Below, one piece after another: positions 1-9,827 of a stretch of DNA of 64,000 bases. Position 1 is the first letter of the stretch, and every line of letters starts with the position of its first letter. The stretch covers positions 266,045-330,044 of the forward strand of contig CAYSAQ010000001.1 in the NCBI GenBank assembly GCA_964429235.1, read 5' to 3'. The notes beneath the pieces were generated by a model. The model was given only the letters and a program-made list of their open reading frames with translations. It was not told the origin of the DNA and did not search any database. The translations under genes and the position numbers were made by a program. The stretch comes from an uncultured Candidatus Marinamargulisbacteria bacterium. GTDB taxonomy: Bacteria; Margulisbacteria; Riflemargulisbacteria; GWF2-35-9; DYQY01.

Positions 1-1008
1 AGTATTGGGAGAAAACCAACCTATGTCATTGGTGCGCCAATAAAAAACACAAATCTAGCCTATCAGTATGGACACAGAGACTTCTGCATCGCCGAAGCAG
101 ACGAAAGTGATAGATCATTTTTATTTCTAAACCCAAACATAATAATTATTACAAATATAGAAGAAGAACATATGGATCAATTTGAGAACCTTGAGGATAT
201 AATAGAAACTTTTTCAAATTTCACTAAACGTCTTGGACATAACAGCTTATTAATAGTTAATGGTGACAATGAGAATATTCGTAAAATTGATACGAATTCA
301 AGCAAAGTCATCACGTACGGACTAATGGATGGAAATACAGTACAAGCTAAGAACCTAGAACAAGAAGGGACTGATACTTTATTTGATGTATACGTAGCTG
401 GCGAACTAATTGCAAAGAAAATAAAACTACAGATTCCTGGCAAACATAATATTGAAAATTGTTTAACTGTATTTGCTTTTGCATATCACTATAATATTCC
501 ACTAGATACAGTAGTTGACTCGTTCAAGCTATTTGAAGGAGCAAGCAGGAGATTCCAAAAAGTTGGAGAAATTAGCAATATTGTAATCTACGATGACTAC
601 GCACATCATCCTACGGAAATTAAATGCACTTTAGCAGCCGCAAAAAACTATAACAGAAGAATTATTGCAATCTTTCAACCACATAGGTACACGAGATTCA
701 ATGCATTCTATAAAGACTTTGTAAAAGCTCTTTCAATTGCAAATAAGGTTTTCTTTACAGATGTTTTTGCTGCAGGAGAAACTCCAGGAAAATTAAGAGC
801 TGAAGATATGTTGCCTTTATTTGAAAAGGACAAAGCAGTGCATATACCACAAGTTAGTAACATTGCGGCTAAAGTTGCCAAGATTGCCAAAGAAGGTGAT
901 TTAATAATTACACTTGGTGCCGGAGATGTTACTTTTGTTTCCAAGGAAATATATCAACTTCTAAATATTTCAAAAGAAGATGCTTATGATGAAAATCCAG
1001 AAGATTAA
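1..1008 (+). CDS. murC: UDP-N-acetylmuramate--L-alanine ligase MurC, 5'-truncated at the window edge (C-terminal part)
   Basis: Frame 1 is open from nt 1 with no stop; the translation has the MurC signatures EADESD and TNIEEEHMD (the TNIExDHxD motif) and ends in the 172..1008 ORF. Confidence 0.85.
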   Translation, partial: SIGRKPTYVIGAPIKNTNLAYQYGHRDFCIAEADESDRSFLFLNPNIIIITNIEEEHMDQFENLEDIIETFSNFTKRLGHNSLLIVNGDNENIRKIDTNSSKVITYGLMDGNTVQAKNLEQEGTDTLFDVYVAGELIAKKIKLQIPGKHNIENCLTVFAFAYHYNIPLDTVVDSFKLFEGASRRFQKVGEISNIVIYDDYAHHPTEIKCTLAAAKNYNRRIIAIFQPHRYTRFNAFYKDFVKALSIANKVFFTDVFAAGETPGKLRAEDMLPLFEKDKAVHIPQVSNIAAKVAKIAKEGDLIITLGAGDVTFVSKEIYQLLNISKEDAYDENPED

Positions 1009-1816
1009 CTCGCAGCTATTAAGCAACTTCAGATGCATTGGGAATGATTATGATATTAGCTTCCCTAGCTCTCTAGATGATTTAGATAAAATATCCACTG
1101 ATGCCTTTATAATTGGAAGCGGAACAAACACTCTATTCCTAAATAAGCAGTCTACCCAAATTATATCATTACAAGAACTAAACAACTTTAATACAGATGG
1201 AAATATCGTTAATGCTGAAGCAGGAGCGACACTGCCTATGTTAATAAAAGAGCTAAAGAAAAAGCATCTTGGTGGACTATGCTTTAGTTATCCAATATCT
1301 GCGACTATTGGAGGAGCCATTAGACAAAACTTGGGAGCTTATGATCAGACGATAAGTGATTTGATTATAGAAGTAACTTGTTTTAATAAAGATAACAAAC
1401 AATTAATAACTTTAACTAATAAAGAATGTGAATTCGGCTATAGAACATCTGTTTTAAAAAACTCGTCTCTAGTAATTATTTCCGCACTACTAGCACTGCC
1501 ATCTATGCCATCAACTGAAATCACTAAATTATGTAATACCTATAAAACGAAAAGAGAAAACAATTATCAATTGAACAACAACCTTGGCAGTATCTTTAAA
1601 AACCCAAAAGGATTATCTGCTGGGAAACTAATTGATGAATGTGGGCTTAAAGGTTTTACACACAAATCGGCTAGTATTAGTAATGATCACGCAAATGTGA
1701 TTGTTGCTATAAAAGAAACTAAAGCCGAAGACATACTAGCACTTATGAAAATTGTTCAAGAAACAGTTAAGAGTAAAAAGAATATAAACTTAGAACCAGA
1801 AATAACTATTTACTAG
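986..1816 (+). CDS. murB: UDP-N-acetylenolpyruvoylglucosamine reductase MurB
   Basis: Motifs GYRTS, GSIFKNP and AGKLIDECGLKG. Start chosen at the ATG at 986, which sits 6 nt after an AAGAAG SD; the track ORF starts at 980. Overlaps the murC 3' end. Confidence 0.8.
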   Translation: MMKIQKINSQLLSNFRCIGNDYDISFPSSLDDLDKISTDAFIIGSGTNTLFLNKQSTQIISLQELNNFNTDGNIVNAEAGATLPMLIKELKKKHLGGLCFSYPISATIGGAIRQNLGAYDQTISDLIIEVTCFNKDNKQLITLTNKECEFGYRTSVLKNSSLVIISALLALPSMPSTEITKLCNTYKTKRENNYQLNNNLGSIFKNPKGLSAGKLIDECGLKGFTHKSASISNDHANVIVAIKETKAEDILALMKIVQETVKSKKNINLEPEITIY

Positions 1817-1817
1817 T

Positions 1818-3851
1818 TTATACCTGTAAAAGTCGTAAATCTCCAAATTGATTAAAGTACTCTTTGATTCCAAACAACATGCTTAGCCTATTTGCTTTAA
1901 CTTTATCATCTTCAACCATTACCATTACTTCATCGAAGAAATCGCCAATATAAGCTGCCAATACTGCCCACTCTTTAATAAGTGAAGCGTCCCATTGCTT
2001 ATCTTCAGCAAATATCTTGAAACCATCATATAAACTACGTTCTGAAGAATCTTCAAAAAGAAAAGGGTCAACAACAACAGTGTCTTCAACATGAACATCC
2101 TTTGTTATATTTATAACTCTTGCAGCTGCTTCTATAATTAACTTCTGTTTGTCAGATTTATTAAGCTCTAAGCACAAGTTTAGTCTTTTCTTTAAAAGTA
2201 CTAAATCTAAAGTAGTAATTGTCTGGATTATATCTAAAGCAATTCCAGCATCTTTTAAGTATTGTTCGATACGTTGCTCAAAAAAAGCAAAAAGTTTTTT
2301 AATATTCTCTGCTGATACGTCCATATCTTTATAATGCTGTAATGTAGCTTTGATTAGATCATATAAAGAAAACTGAAAATAATCTGTTTCGTAGAAAATT
2401 CTTACAATACCGTTAGCTTGTCTTCTAAGTGCAAAAGGATCTTGTGAACCAGAAGGTATCTTCCCAATAGCAAACTGTCCTACAATTGTATCCATCTTAT
2501 CTGCAACAGATGCAATAGAAGAATAAATACTAGAAGGTAATGCATCTCCAGCAAAAGCAGGAAGGTAATGTTCATAAATACCATCTGCAATTTCTTTTGC
2601 TTCGCCCCACTTCAACGCATACTGCTGTCCAATATAACCTTGCAAATCCGCAAACTCATTTACCATCTGCGTAGATAAATCTGCCTTTGCATTTTTAACT
2701 ATCTCTAAGACAGTATCTTTTGCTTTTTTTTCTAGCTTTAGTTTATCAATAATATACTCAGCAGTTGCAACATTACGCTCAACCTTTTGACTAACACTTC
2801 CTAACTTTTTTTGAAATGTAATGGCCTTTAATTGTTCATTAAAAAAAGAAAAATCATGTTTCATATCTTCTTTATAAAAGAACTCAGCATCACATAATCT
2901 TGCTTGTAAAACTTTTTCATTACCTTTAACAATATTTGCACTATTTTTGTCATTAACATTGTCTGCAGTTATTAAAAACTTATTAGTTAATTTACCATCT
3001 TCCATAACCGGAAAATACTTCTGATGTTTCTTCATTGAAGTAATAAGAATCTTCTCAGGAATTGATAAAAAATCTGATTCAAACTCACCTTGCAAGACTT
3101 TCGGGCACTCAACCAGCCCAGCTACTTCATTTAACAGCTCTTCGTCTAAAACGACATCACCTGTCAGTTTACTGGCCTGAGCAGAAATAGTGCTTTTTCT
3201 CTTATCAAAAGAAGGCTCTACGTTTTTTTTTCTAAGCATCTCTGCATATTTACCAATAGACTCGACCAAGACATCTGCCCCATCAAGATCGTTACCATTT
3301 GATAAAAAACGATGCCCTTTTGAAATATTTTCTGCTTCTATTCCAGCAAAACTAAGTGGAAGTAATTTGTCATCCAATAATGATATAATCCAATGAACTG
3401 GTCTATAGAATTTCTGAGATTCAGTGCCCCATTTCATAGCAACAGGCAAGTATAAATTCGCTAATGAATCAACTATAATATTTGGTAAAATTTCGGCTGT
3501 TTTTTTACCCTTTTCAAAAACCTTAACATATAAATATCCATCGCTAACATCAGCCTCTTTTGCTCCAAATTTCTTCAGAAAACCCTCTCCGGCTTTTGTA
3601 TAACTGCCATCTTCATTAACAGCAATTTTCGCAGGAGGTCCTTTAACTTCTTCATTCTTATCATCTTGCTTTTCATCTAGCCCATCAATGATAAAAGATA
3701 GTCTTCTATAAGTAGCATATTTAGTAAAATTACCAAACTTTACTCCACCCTTTTCTAATCGATCTGTGACATTCTTTATAAGTCCATCGATTAAGCTTTG
3801 CAAAAAACGTGCCGGTATTTCTTCAGTTCCAATTTCAAACAAATAGTTCAT
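1818..3851 (-). CDS. glyS: Glycine--tRNA ligase beta subunit
   Basis: 677 aa with N-terminal MNYLFEIGTEEIPARF, typical of GlyS beta. GAGGTAA SD before the ATG. No glyQ adjacent. Confidence 0.85.
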   Translation of the reverse strand: MNYLFEIGTEEIPARFLQSLIDGLIKNVTDRLEKGGVKFGNFTKYATYRRLSFIIDGLDEKQDDKNEEVKGPPAKIAVNEDGSYTKAGEGFLKKFGAKEADVSDGYLYVKVFEKGKKTAEILPNIIVDSLANLYLPVAMKWGTESQKFYRPVHWIISLLDDKLLPLSFAGIEAENISKGHRFLSNGNDLDGADVLVESIGKYAEMLRKKNVEPSFDKRKSTISAQASKLTGDVVLDEELLNEVAGLVECPKVLQGEFESDFLSIPEKILITSMKKHQKYFPVMEDGKLTNKFLITADNVNDKNSANIVKGNEKVLQARLCDAEFFYKEDMKHDFSFFNEQLKAITFQKKLGSVSQKVERNVATAEYIIDKLKLEKKAKDTVLEIVKNAKADLSTQMVNEFADLQGYIGQQYALKWGEAKEIADGIYEHYLPAFAGDALPSSIYSSIASVADKMDTIVGQFAIGKIPSGSQDPFALRRQANGIVRIFYETDYFQFSLYDLIKATLQHYKDMDVSAENIKKLFAFFEQRIEQYLKDAGIALDIIQTITTLDLVLLKKRLNLCLELNKSDKQKLIIEAAARVINITKDVHVEDTVVVDPFLFEDSSERSLYDGFKIFAEDKQWDASLIKEWAVLAAYIGDFFDEVMVMVEDDKVKANRLSMLFGIKEYFNQFGDLRLLQV

Positions 3852-3880
3852 ATATTACCTCTACTTAAATAATTTTCTTA

Positions 3881-3909
3881 TATTATAGCAACGAATGCTA
3901 AGTTTGTTT
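3881..3909 (-). promoter_or_regulatory. Candidate sigma70 promoter for glyS (TAAACA-N17-TGnTATAAT, extended -10)
   Basis: Minus strand reads taaaca / aacttagcattcgttgc / TATAAT with TG at -15/-14, roughly 30 nt upstream of the glyS ATG. Confidence 0.3.
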
Positions 3910-3919
3910 ATTACCATCT

Positions 3920-4627
3920 TTAATTTGATAATACCCTAAACTCTAAGTCTTGTTTAATCTTTTTCCAATCAGGAAGCTTTTTTGAAAGCAAGTCATAGAA
4001 CTTTCTATCATGTTTAGAATGAGAAACATGGCATAATTCGTGAATCATTACATAATCAATTTGCTGCCTCGTTGCTTTAATAAGGTTTGGATTTAAAATA
4101 ATAGTATTGCTTCGTAAGTAACTGCCCCAACGTTTATTTAGCTTCCGAATCTTTAATAAAGGCAAATGGTCATATTCAAATAACTTAAAACATATTTCCA
4201 ACCGTTCTTGAAACTTTTGCTCTGTTTTTTTCCTAAACCATTTAGTTAAAAGATTTTTAGTTCTTATACTGTCTTTGGAGTACTTAGAATGAACATTAAT
4301 CCTGCCCATTGAAAGAGAAACATATTCTTTATAATCAGCTTGACCAACATTCAATTTGTACTGTCTGCCTAAATACAAAAAGCTCTCACCGCTAACATAT
4401 TCCTTCTCTAACTGTGACGAAAACTGTAAAAAATATCTACGTTGTTTAAGAATCCAAATAGACTTTCGTTTTAAAAAATCATATATTTTCTGCTCATTAT
4501 CAGTACTTGGTACTTTCACAATAATATTACAATTAGGAAAAACAGTAGCAGTAATTGTCTTACGGTTCTCTTCTAGTAATGAGTAATCAAAAGAAATGTT
4601 CTCATATACAAAAGTCTTGTTAATCAT
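3920..4627 (-). CDS. DUF45/WLM-type (YgjP-like) zinc metallohydrolase
   Basis: HExxH motif MIHELCHVSH near the C-terminus in a 235-aa protein. Start codon overlaps the hsdR stop (ATGA). Confidence 0.6.
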   Translation of the reverse strand: MINKTFVYENISFDYSLLEENRKTITATVFPNCNIIVKVPSTDNEQKIYDFLKRKSIWILKQRRYFLQFSSQLEKEYVSGESFLYLGRQYKLNVGQADYKEYVSLSMGRINVHSKYSKDSIRTKNLLTKWFRKKTEQKFQERLEICFKLFEYDHLPLLKIRKLNKRWGSYLRSNTIILNPNLIKATRQQIDYVMIHELCHVSHSKHDRKFYDLLSKKLPDWKKIKQDLEFRVLSN

Positions 4628-7600
4628 TTATTCTTTATTTCCAAATTCCAAGCATCAGAAACAATACGGTCAATATCTTCAACTTTAAAAGGAATATTAT
4701 ATTCATCCCTAACAACATCAAATAAATAATCCTCTAAATCATTCCTTACTTCTCTTTCTACTTCTATGTTGCTATACCAATCAACGATCTTCTTATCATT
4801 TATCATTTTATGAAGCTCTGTAGTTATAACAGACAAAGAGTCGTCAGAGACATTGTATGTTTCCATATACTTCTTCATACTTCTAAACAATGGATGTAAT
4901 TCTTTCTTGTCTTTTATATCAGAAGGGATGTCACTATCCTCATAGTCTTTAACTTTCTGCTGATAGTTCTTAGCCTGACCTAGCAAAGCCAATAAGTCTT
5001 CTGTTTTAGCCACTCTTAACTGTGCAATAAGCTCTTTAACTTTATCTCCAAACTTTTTATAAAAATCAGGATCTTTATCCCAGTTCTCCTTAATTGTTTT
5101 CTCTGTTTGCGCTGCAATAGCTTCTGCCTTTGATTTATCCGACAATCCATTCTGATCATCCTCAATAAACTGATTGAATTCTAGTGCATCTGATAAATTA
5201 ATTGGCTTAGAAAGAATTGATACATCCTCAGACACTACATATTTATTCAAAATTCTCCTTATCTGGTCTTCGTATTTTGAAAAATCTATTATTTCTGCAT
5301 GCATTGCTTTAACTATTTTTTTAATCTCAATAAAACGTTTCAAATCAAGCACATAACGTTTCATTTTTGCATCATCAAACTTTTCAAAAAAATCTGGCAA
5401 TCCTCTACATACAGCGAAGTTCTTAATAAATGAATTAACTAGTTCATAATAACGTTCACGTTTCTCTATATCACCAGACACTTTATTTATATATTCTTGT
5501 GAATCTTTCCTGTTTTTAACATCATTAAACATTGAATGAAGATGCTGATAAACACTTTCTAAATCTGAAATCTTTTCATCAGTATCTATTAATGCTCTAT
5601 TAATATCCTCTATATCATAATTAGAAAATAATTCTAGTGCATACCTAAGATTTTTAGCATTCTTAGAGTAATCTATAATAATCCCATTAGTCTTAGACTC
5701 TTTAGCATTGTCACCATTAAAAAGCCTATTTACCCTTGCTATAGCTTGTAAAAGATTATGCTCCTTTAATTCCTTAGCAAGATATAGGAAGGTATTACGT
5801 GGAGCATCAAATCCTGTTAATAATTTATCTACTACAATAATAATCTTGCAACCGTCTGGATTGTCTTTAAAATCTTTAATAATAGATTTTTCTCTAATCT
5901 CTAAGGAATACCCGTGCTTATGCTTTTCTTTATCCAAAAATTCTGCAACAAGCTTCTTATGCTCTGGCAACTTATCGTCTGCAACATCATCTAAACTATT
6001 GTCAGATATAATCACATTGGAGTCATGAAAGCCAGCTAGCTTAAATGCTTCTTGAAATAAAACTGCTGCATATTTGGAGGGAGCAACAACCTGGGCCTTA
6101 AGGCCTGTATCTTTAAACTCTTCATAATGGTCCAAAATATCAGAAGCGATAAACTCTATTCGTTGAGAATTCTGTTCAATAATCTTTGAACTTGTAAACT
6201 TCTTCTCCAAATCTTTTCGTTGTTCTTCTGTTAAATCTTTTGTTGCTCTATCATAAAATTTATCGAGGATGCTTTGTTGCACTGATTGCTCTACAAATCT
6301 TGCTTGATATATTAATGGCAATACAGCGCCATCTTCTTCTGCCTCTGAAATTGTATAAGAATCTATTAAACCCCTAAACTTACTAACACTCTCCTTATCC
6401 TTCTTCATTAATGGTGTACCTGTAAATGCTATCTGACATGAATTAGGCAATGTCCTATTCAGCTCTATATTTGCTAAACCACCTTGGGTTCTATGAGCTT
6501 CATCTATTAAAACAAATACATTTGGATCAGTATCAGTAAAATCTCTGAACTCTTTTGATGACTCAAACTTATGAACCAGAGTTGTAATAACTCTCAAATC
6601 CTTTTCTTTGATTAATTTCAATAGCTCTTTACCATTATTTGCTTGAATAACACCTTTTTTCACATTACATGCTTCAAAAGTATCTCTGATTTGTTTATCA
6701 AGGTCTTTTCTATCTGTAACAACAACAATACGAGGTAACTCGATAGAATCCTGCTCAATAATAGCTTTAACTAGCATAACCATTGTAAGCGATTTCCCAG
6801 AACCCTGAGTATGCCATACTAGTCCACCATTTCGTCTGCCATTTTCTTTTATATCAGAAACTCTTTTAATGATTTTCTTTATAGCAAAATACTGTTGATA
6901 ACGAGCTATCTTCTTAACATTTGCATCATAGATAACAAAACCATGAACAAGCTCTAAAAGTCGCTCTGGTCGCAACAAACTATAAATACCATTATCCTGT
7001 TCTGAGATTGCTCTATCACCTACATAAGCGTCTCTTCTTAATAAATCATGATTTACTATAGTTATATCTTCTTGTTTTGAGTGGACATCAATACTCTCAT
7101 ACACAACACCATCATACTCATCTTTATCAGCACCTTTTTCTTTCCATACAGCCCAAAATTCAAATGGAGTATTCATAGTTGCATACTTAATCTCTCGAAC
7201 ATTGCAGGCAACTAACACCTGTGGGAATAAAAAGAACTTTGGTGTTTGTTCTTTTCCTTGGTTACGAATCATCTGAGTAACAGCATCAGTTACTGGCACT
7301 GAAGACTTCTTGTTCTCTATAACAGCAAAGGGGATCCCGTTAACAAACAGAACGATATCAGGTCTACGGTTATGAACCTCATCCAATTCATACTCAGCAC
7401 AAACATGGAACTTGTTATTATTAGGTGTTTCAAAATCTATAAACCTCAACTGAGGATGCACATTCTTACCGTTAATTATCTCTGACACGCCAACACCAGA
7501 TATTATCTTCGAAAAAATGTCTTCTGAGGCCTTAACTACCCCGTCAGACATATTAATATTTTCTAACTCGAATATTTGCTCTCTTATGCTTTTATCTGAT

Positions 7601-7806
7601 ACTTCTAAAGAATTAATCTTACGTACTGCTTCAAATGCGATATCTTGGAATATATATTTTGATTTGCTTTCCCTAATTCGATTTACTTCTGCTCTAGGAA
7701 TGTATTCATATCCTAAATTAATTAATTGCAATATTGCAGGTATTTGAGAATTTGAAGCCTCATCAAAATCAGGCAAATCGTAGTCATTTTCAAAATATTC
7801 AGACAT
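4624..7806 (-). CDS. hsdR: Type I restriction enzyme R subunit (HsdR)
   Basis: 1060 aa with SF2 helicase motif I (GLVWHTQGSGKSLTM) and motif II (VLIDEAHRTQ), and a typical HsdR N-terminus. Confidence 0.9.
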   Translation of the reverse strand: MSEYFENDYDLPDFDEASNSQIPAILQLINLGYEYIPRAEVNRIRESKSKYIFQDIAFEAVRKINSLEVSDKSIREQIFELENINMSDGVVKASEDIFSKIISGVGVSEIINGKNVHPQLRFIDFETPNNNKFHVCAEYELDEVHNRRPDIVLFVNGIPFAVIENKKSSVPVTDAVTQMIRNQGKEQTPKFFLFPQVLVACNVREIKYATMNTPFEFWAVWKEKGADKDEYDGVVYESIDVHSKQEDITIVNHDLLRRDAYVGDRAISEQDNGIYSLLRPERLLELVHGFVIYDANVKKIARYQQYFAIKKIIKRVSDIKENGRRNGGLVWHTQGSGKSLTMVMLVKAIIEQDSIELPRIVVVTDRKDLDKQIRDTFEACNVKKGVIQANNGKELLKLIKEKDLRVITTLVHKFESSKEFRDFTDTDPNVFVLIDEAHRTQGGLANIELNRTLPNSCQIAFTGTPLMKKDKESVSKFRGLIDSYTISEAEEDGAVLPLIYQARFVEQSVQQSILDKFYDRATKDLTEEQRKDLEKKFTSSKIIEQNSQRIEFIASDILDHYEEFKDTGLKAQVVAPSKYAAVLFQEAFKLAGFHDSNVIISDNSLDDVADDKLPEHKKLVAEFLDKEKHKHGYSLEIREKSIIKDFKDNPDGCKIIIVVDKLLTGFDAPRNTFLYLAKELKEHNLLQAIARVNRLFNGDNAKESKTNGIIIDYSKNAKNLRYALELFSNYDIEDINRALIDTDEKISDLESVYQHLHSMFNDVKNRKDSQEYINKVSGDIEKRERYYELVNSFIKNFAVCRGLPDFFEKFDDAKMKRYVLDLKRFIEIKKIVKAMHAEIIDFSKYEDQIRRILNKYVVSEDVSILSKPINLSDALEFNQFIEDDQNGLSDKSKAEAIAAQTEKTIKENWDKDPDFYKKFGDKVKELIAQLRVAKTEDLLALLGQAKNYQQKVKDYEDSDIPSDIKDKKELHPLFRSMKKYMETYNVSDDSLSVITTELHKMINDKKIVDWYSNIEVEREVRNDLEDYLFDVVRDEYNIPFKVEDIDRIVSDAWNLEIKNK

Positions 7807-7810
7807 TGTT

Positions 7811-8656
7811 TTATTCCTTTAATCCTTTAATTTTACTTGTAGCAATTTTCTTTTCTTGAGATTTAACTCGTCTTTCTAACTTCTTTATATCTTCTTCTGG
7901 TAGTAGTTTTTCAGGGATTATACCTCTTTTTATCAAAAGATCTCTTACGTCATGATTGTTTTGAATATGCTCATTTGTTATTTCATGTTCACCATATAGA
8001 TCATCTTTTTTTACATTAAAATTTGTAATTTCTGTAGCAAGGTTTTTTGCAGTTATCGTTACTGTTGGTAAGAAGTCAGCTAGTGGTCTACCTTTAGGAA
8101 TATCCAGCTTATTTTTCATTGCTTGCGTATTCTTTCCACCAAAAAGAATGGAATCACCTTTTGACCTGATTCTGCCAAAACCTTTTTCATCTACACCACG
8201 CTCATAAATATTCTTTGATAACTCTGTTTCAGATGTTGTAAGTTTTTTTCTTGCATCAAGTCTTTCATTTAACTTTAATCGTTCTTCTATGATTTCCTGC
8301 TTTCTTGTTTGAATTGCAAAATAACTTTGGGCAAAAGCGATTACAGGTTTTGCCGAGTCTCCATTCATAGCAATTAAATAACACGCATAACGGGTAAACA
8401 TAACATCTTTTATCTCTCTTTTTGCTCCTGATCCTAAATCTACCATTTTGTTGACCTCAACAAAATGGTCTAATGGGTCCTGCTTACTATTAACACAAGC
8501 CTCAATAGCCTTATCTATAACTTTTATAAAGTTTCTCCACTCCGCATACTCAAGCAGCTCTTGTATATCTCTAGCAAACCAAAACTCAACTCCATTGTCT
8601 TCAAACATATAATCATTAAATGATTTATACATTCTCGCTATTTTCATTTTCTCCAT
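7811..8656 (-). CDS. dinD: DinD-like (DNA-damage-inducible protein D family) protein
   Basis: Strong resemblance to E. coli DinD (LLEYAEWRNF.KVI..A..AC.NS.QD..DHFVEVNKMV). AAGGAG SD. Confidence 0.55.
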   Translation of the reverse strand: MEKMKIARMYKSFNDYMFEDNGVEFWFARDIQELLEYAEWRNFIKVIDKAIEACVNSKQDPLDHFVEVNKMVDLGSGAKREIKDVMFTRYACYLIAMNGDSAKPVIAFAQSYFAIQTRKQEIIEERLKLNERLDARKKLTTSETELSKNIYERGVDEKGFGRIRSKGDSILFGGKNTQAMKNKLDIPKGRPLADFLPTVTITAKNLATEITNFNVKKDDLYGEHEITNEHIQNNHDVRDLLIKRGIIPEKLLPEEDIKKLERRVKSQEKKIATSKIKGLKE

Positions 8657-8678
8657 AACTAACTCCTTTCATAACCAT

Positions 8679-9827
8679 TTAATTATCTGCGTTTCTAAAC
8701 TCTTGCATTCTAATCTCACCAGTTACTAGTTTGTTTAATAAAAATTTCTTTTGTTTTTGTGTTTTTTTTAATTTTTGTTCGTATAGGTCTATTTCTTCAT
8801 CTGCATCTGTGAGAACTTGAGCGATGGCTTTTTGCTCCATTAAACAAGGTATCTTAATTTTCATATCAGCTATCATTTCCATACGAACTGAATCTACAGA
8901 ACCTTTAGCACTCATAGAAAAAACCCTTTTAGGAAATTTACTTTTAAAAATAAAGAAAAACCATTTACCACATACATCAACATCAAAACTATGAATATTA
9001 TATACTCTTTGATGATAATCAAACTTACCATTTATGTAATGGAAAATTTTACCGACACCAACACCATCTCCAGAAGTTATTACTGCCTCTCCGTCAAAGG
9101 AATATGAATTAATTCTTTCAATTGTCTGAGACCTTACAAAAAATGGATATAAACCATCATCAATTTTATTTTGAGTATCTTTAGCGCCAGTACAAATAGA
9201 AGAAAATTCTTTTATTCTTTTTTCTTCCCACTCTCCACTAAACCCCTTCAACCTAGTCTTACCAGTTAGCAACTGTTGCATTAGTCCTTTTTTTCGATCT
9301 TTCAATAAATCTATTTTTTTAGTTAATAAATCGATGCCTTCATCGAAGTTGGTGAGGACTTGGGCAATGGCTTTTTGTTCAGGTAATGGGGGCATACAAA
9401 ATTTAAGTTTTTTAATATCTGAACTGTTAACAGCTGTAAATGTTGAACCTTGTTCATATTTCTTCCATCTTAATTCATATCGCAATAAATACTGATATAT
9501 ATAACTCTGGTTACTTTTTGTTGCTCTAATTGCACAAACCCCTCTACCAATACATGCATTATGTATCGATAATGCGATATCCCCAACTGGTGCTCGAACA
9601 CTCATTAATATATCATTGGGATTACATGTTTTAGTAATTTCTGTAGTCCATTGTCGAGGTGCAGACAATCGATTATTCATATCAGTGTTTCCTTGAATTA
9701 ATGGCGTTCCGTTACCCTCTGTATTATATGACGATGATAATGGTGATTGCCCCATAATTATTAAGCATACATCATTTAATAATACGTCTTTCCAACCTTT
9801 AGGGATTTGGTTGTTAGGTTTTGTCAT
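8679..9827 (-). CDS. hsdS: Type I restriction-modification specificity subunit (HsdS), two TRDs
   Basis: Two target-recognition domains, each followed by the conserved LPPLPEQKAIAQVL...LLTG or IPCLMEQKAIAQVL...LVTG repeat. Overlaps the upstream gene by 14 nt. Confidence 0.85.
   Translation of the reverse strand: MTKPNNQIPKGWKDVLLNDVCLIIMGQSPLSSSYNTEGNGTPLIQGNTDMNNRLSAPRQWTTEITKTCNPNDILMSVRAPVGDIALSIHNACIGRGVCAIRATKSNQSYIYQYLLRYELRWKKYEQGSTFTAVNSSDIKKLKFCMPPLPEQKAIAQVLTNFDEGIDLLTKKIDLLKDRKKGLMQQLLTGKTRLKGFSGEWEEKRIKEFSSICTGAKDTQNKIDDGLYPFFVRSQTIERINSYSFDGEAVITSGDGVGVGKIFHYINGKFDYHQRVYNIHSFDVDVCGKWFFFIFKSKFPKRVFSMSAKGSVDSVRMEMIADMKIKIPCLMEQKAIAQVLTDADEEIDLYEQKLKKTQKQKKFLLNKLVTGEIRMQEFRNADN

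Noticed and set aside
177-944. Antisense ORFs inside murC (177..443 -, 708..944 -). Many similar 60-160-aa antisense or overlapping ORFs lie elsewhere (for example 28049..28480 +, 34126..34695 +, 40227..40586 +, 46541..46918 +, 57185..57397 +).
   Set aside because: They lie wholly within well-supported conserved genes on the opposite strand or in another frame. They have low-complexity, Ser/Leu/Phe-rich translations, as expected when reading an AT-rich coding strand in antisense, and they lack SD sequences.
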